Source: Alphaproteobacteria bacterium | GTDB taxonomy: Bacteria; Pseudomonadota; Alphaproteobacteria; UBA828 | Direction of reading: 5' to 3' | DNA: 64,000 nt | Assembly (NCBI GenBank): GCA_965214705.1 | Contig: CBDCCI010000002.1 | Span: 1,600,001 to 1,664,000 of the forward strand | Shown: positions 60,672 through 64,000 of the stretch, piece after piece | Layout: every line of letters begins with the position of its first letter | Position numbering within the stretch: the stretch's first letter is position 1 | Notes under the pieces: model-generated | Told to the model about the DNA's origin: nothing | The model's database searches: none | What the model saw: the letters and a program-made list of their open reading frames with translations, nothing else | Position numbers and translations under genes: made by a program

Positions 60672-60730
60672 GTCGCCAGTGGCCGGCGGCGCGGGGAGCG
60701 AGAGCTCGAGCTGGGTGTGAGTCAGTGCAC

Positions 60731-61720
60731 CTAGCCTTCTTCGGTCACCGTATCGGCTCTCGTAAAATTCATGTACTTGCCGACGTGAATCCTTCGTGCG
60801 CGGCGGCGATCAGCGATGCCGAGCGCCGCGCGCGTATCTCTGCGGTCGAGGTGCGGATGGCCGATCAACGCCTGTATGCTTGCAAGACTGATTGGTTCGC
60901 GCCAAATTGGCCAACCAAGAGTGATGAGGCGATCAATATCACGCCCCCCACCAAGGATCGAAAGTTCCGTTTCACCGAATTGTTTCCTTGGGACGACAGT
61001 CAGAACAGAAAGGCCAATAGCAGCCAGCCTGTTGGCCCCATGTTGCGTGGGTTCCTTATCGTCAGTTGGAGCGCTCCAGCGTAGTGCGTGACGAGTGTCT
61101 TCAATTGGATCCCATCTGAAGGCACTCGTCTTGTCCTGTCCATCCGTCCTGTCTGGTCTCTCCCAAATCTTGAACAGTGCTTCATACAAACAATCGTACT
61201 CGGAGATCTCGACCTTTTTCCCAGTGGAATTGCGCTTTGGCGGCGTTCGGCGATTCGCGACCGATTGGAAGGTCTTGAGGAAATTTGTTTGGCCAGTACC
61301 GAGAAGACACAAGGGTGTAGGCCTCGTTTTCCCCTCCTTGTCAATGACAACATCGCTGAGAAGCGCTGCCCATAAATCAGCGCTGTAGCGATCACGAACC
61401 GAATTCGCAGCGGCGTCTTGAAGCCTCTCCTTGGCACGTTCTGAGGGAAGCTTAATATCCTTGAGATCATCGAAATCATGGTATTGCGCAAGCGCGTTAA
61501 GTCCTTCGGAGACCGCCTCGATCACAGCGTCCCGATCCGCTGCATCCGGGACTCGAAGCGCCGGACGAAGCGGCGGCTCATCTACCGTCCAGGACACGCG
61601 CGGGTGCCAAACGGGGCGGGCCTCTTCGACGGTGCGCATCAGACCCAGCAACGCCATGAAGGCGAGCAGGTTGTCGGGCTCCAGCCCGTCGAGACGATGA
61701 ACCACATGGCTGGTTGTCAT
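60731..61720 (-). CDS. Type I-G Cas8g/Csb3-like large subunit (Cas3-extension family)
   Basis: LDGLEPDNLLAFMALLG, FRWDP, GANRLAAIGL, WPIW; lies between cas3 and cas4-cas1 with an ATGA overlap. Confidence 0.75.
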   Translation of the reverse strand: MTTSHVVHRLDGLEPDNLLAFMALLGLMRTVEEARPVWHPRVSWTVDEPPLRPALRVPDAADRDAVIEAVSEGLNALAQYHDFDDLKDIKLPSERAKERLQDAAANSVRDRYSADLWAALLSDVVIDKEGKTRPTPLCLLGTGQTNFLKTFQSVANRRTPPKRNSTGKKVEISEYDCLYEALFKIWERPDRTDGQDKTSAFRWDPIEDTRHALRWSAPTDDKEPTQHGANRLAAIGLSVLTVVPRKQFGETELSILGGGRDIDRLITLGWPIWREPISLASIQALIGHPHLDRRDTRAALGIADRRRARRIHVGKYMNFTRADTVTEEG

Positions 61721-64000
61721 GATGCGCCCTCCTCCTCTGACGCTCGGTGGTCAGCGAGGCGCAGGATCGTCTCCAGATGGGCCAGTCCCCAAGCCCCGTG
61801 GCGGCGCTTGAGCCCCTCGAACAGAGACGGCCAATCTGCGCCGCTAAAGTCGAACGCCAACGAATGCGGTCCCGGCTCAGCCGTCGCAAGCCGCCATTCG
61901 TCGACACCGAGGCAGGGAAGAGGCTTCTGTTCGGACGCCGGATCGAGGAAATTGAAGAACGGTCGCCCAAATCCGTGATGGCTGCCGATCAGCCAGAGCA
62001 CGAGCGCGGGATCGTGCGCGTCCGCGAAGCGGGGGTGCGCCCGCGCCATCCGCACCGAGAGCGCCTCGTGTCGCCAGCCCTTGGGCAGCCCGCTGCGCTC
62101 CCCTGCGCTCGGCAACCAAGTCCGCCCGCTCTTGGCGAGCGGCGGTCCATCGGGCCGGTTCCAAGGATCGCCGCCCGATAGCATGGTCTGGAACCGCGGG
62201 TCCGCCTTACCGGCGTCGTGCAGGAAGGCCGCAAGCCGAAGGTCGTCGGCGACATCTTCGAGGCCGAGCGTCTCGGCAAACCGTTCGGCGAAGTCGGCGA
62301 CCCGGCAACCGTGATCGTCGAGGGGCACTGGTTCGGCGGCGGTGTGCGAAACGATGTCGTCTTCGGTCGCGGGCGCACCCAACTCCCACGAGCGCCCGCA
62401 TCGGACTCCGTGCACCGCGACAAGTACGGCGCCACTCCCTCGCCCCCCGCCATAGGGAAAATGAACGTCGATCCGTTTTCTGGCGCGTCGCAGCGCTTCC
62501 AGCGTTTCCCTCACGTCGAAGGTTGGCGGGCCGTCATCGCCCGCTCCCTCGCCGTCCTCCATCGTTCCGGCGGGGGGCACTGCGTCGAGCAGACGTTCCA
62601 CCAGATCGGGGCCAGCGACGCCATCGTCCGCGAGCACCGTCGAGAGCCGGTCCCATTGGGCATCGGTTCGCACGATGTCGGGCGCGATCCGAACCGCGCA
62701 TCGCCGTCCCCACCAAGGTTTCGCAGCAGCATCGGCGACATCCTTGACACGAACGACGGACTCGGGTGCCCAGCCGAACGCGTCGCAACCACCGTACTCG
62801 GCCGGGACGATCACCATGTCGCCCGGTCGCAGCGCCTTCGGTTCCACTACACCAGTACGCGGATCGTCGGCGCCGGCCCAGCGGAAGGCGGATCGCCCCG
62901 CCCGTCGATTCCAGACCGCGCCAGGCTCGTCGGGGGCGCGTTCCGGCGCGTCGGACAGGTGGGCCGGCTCATCCCGCACTTGGCGCAGCCATGACCGGGC
63001 GGTCCAAGGCGGCACCTCGACCGCCTCGGCAGCGCGTGGCGGGAAGAGACGGACCAACTCGTGCAAATCGCTTGACGAGTCACCCTTTAGGTCGTCCTCG
63101 GAGATATCGCCGCGCCAGACGATGGAGATACCGGCGGCCGTCCGCTCCGCGCCATGCAGGAAGAGCGAGACGTCGGGGTCCGCTGCCGGCCGCGGCCATG
63201 TCTGCGACCACAGATCGAGGTAGGCCGGCATGACGACCGGGGCGTCCGGCCGTTGCGCCACGAGACCGTCCTGATCGATGCCAGCCTCCTTGAGCCGCTT
63301 GGGCAGGACCTCGACGCCGAAGTCCACATTGCCGTCTGTGGCGATCCCTTGGAGCGCCTCCCACGTCAGGCGGATGCGGTCGCCATAGACCGGATCGTCG
63401 GCCTTCTTGGCGATATCCTCGGAACGGCCCAGGATCGCGCCCTCGGCAGGAACCGGCCGTCCGGCACGGTTCAGCCGACCAAAGCGCTGGCGCAGCGAGT
63501 CGAGGGATGCGGCCTGGGTCACCAGCCCGTCCAGGTCGAGATCGACTCCGACTTCCAGACACTGGGTGGCGACGACGAACAATGGGCTGGCTTCTGAGCG
63601 GATCTTGGCGTCCGTTTTGAAGGGGGTAAGATTCTCCATGATCCCGGATCGGTCCATGTCACGGCAGCGCCCAATCAGCAAGATTGCATCGTCGACGCCA
63701 TCGTTCGGTTCATCGCCATCTTCGCGCTTTGAATCGAGCTCCTCATAGATCATTCGCGCCAGAGCGACGCGGTTGACGACGACACCGACGGCGGGCGGCG
63801 AAACCCCTCGCTCCTTCAGCCGCCCCATCATCGCCCGGGCGGTCTCGGCGAAGGTCCGGGCGACGACCGCGTCCTTGCCGCGCTCGACCGTCAATGCTGC
63901 GGGCTTGGGTGCCTGGAGCCGCTTCGTCAGTACGGGATGAGCGCGATCCGCCAGCGATAGCGGCGGGAATGGCCGACTCGCCGTTGCTCCCGGCGTGGCG
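61717..64000 (-). CDS. cas3: Type I-G Cas3 helicase with C-terminal HD nuclease, 5' end off the window
   Basis: VVVNRV, VATQCLEVGVDLD, QRFGRLNR; C-terminal LDDH...LHDAGKADPRFQ...WRHE...SHHG...LRLADH. Confidence 0.95.
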   Translation of the reverse strand, partial: ATPGATASRPFPPLSLADRAHPVLTKRLQAPKPAALTVERGKDAVVARTFAETARAMMGRLKERGVSPPAVGVVVNRVALARMIYEELDSKREDGDEPNDGVDDAILLIGRCRDMDRSGIMENLTPFKTDAKIRSEASPLFVVATQCLEVGVDLDLDGLVTQAASLDSLRQRFGRLNRAGRPVPAEGAILGRSEDIAKKADDPVYGDRIRLTWEALQGIATDGNVDFGVEVLPKRLKEAGIDQDGLVAQRPDAPVVMPAYLDLWSQTWPRPAADPDVSLFLHGAERTAAGISIVWRGDISEDDLKGDSSSDLHELVRLFPPRAAEAVEVPPWTARSWLRQVRDEPAHLSDAPERAPDEPGAVWNRRAGRSAFRWAGADDPRTGVVEPKALRPGDMVIVPAEYGGCDAFGWAPESVVRVKDVADAAAKPWWGRRCAVRIAPDIVRTDAQWDRLSTVLADDGVAGPDLVERLLDAVPPAGTMEDGEGAGDDGPPTFDVRETLEALRRARKRIDVHFPYGGGRGSGAVLVAVHGVRCGRSWELGAPATEDDIVSHTAAEPVPLDDHGCRVADFAERFAETLGLEDVADDLRLAAFLHDAGKADPRFQTMLSGGDPWNRPDGPPLAKSGRTWLPSAGERSGLPKGWRHEALSVRMARAHPRFADAHDPALVLWLIGSHHGFGRPFFNFLDPASEQKPLPCLGVDEWRLATAEPGPHSLAFDFSGADWPSLFEGLKRRHGAWGLAHLETILRLADHRASEEEGAS

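Noticed and set aside
60672-60730. Lost start codon of cas4-cas1
   Set aside because: The upstream frame is open to a CTG at 60725, but GTG 60671 is a usable start, so inactivation cannot be claimed.
1-64000. tRNA or rRNA genes, including a tRNA integration site near the tandem integrases
   Set aside because: None recognised; the GGTTCAAGTCCC at about 10031 lies within intron domain I.

Overview
GC-rich bacterial chromosomal window, probably alphaproteobacterial (secB/fxsA divergent from Tim44-mltA...Smr, plus tatABC). The left 45 kb holds housekeeping and catabolic genes: a luciferase-like monooxygenase pair, an adenine-deaminase-like amidohydrolase, lutABC, an N,N-dimethylformamidase cluster, ABC transporters and an ACP-FAAL-acyltransferase fusion. 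At 8283-16530 is a four-layer nest of mobile elements whose junctions can all be rebuilt in frame. A tyrosine-recombinase + IS91-like Y2 transposase element with 14-bp terminal inverted repeats splits a TonB-dependent receptor gene. It carries an antisense group II intron, which carries a second group II intron, which carries an ISKra4-like IS. An IS5 and an IS4 sit in or next to a REP-like palindrome pair at 30.6-33.3 kb. The right end is a defence island: two tandem tyrosine recombinases with a structured leader, a type III-B (Cmr) operon with a disrupted cas10 and a CARF-HEPN effector, a 17-repeat CRISPR array with a MITE inside one spacer, and a convergent type I-G module (cas2, cas4-cas1, cas8g-like, cas3 running off the window). 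A lone degenerate copy of the array repeat lies upstream of cmr1, so the III-B operon is bracketed by repeats. All calls come from reading motifs by eye; no database searches were run.
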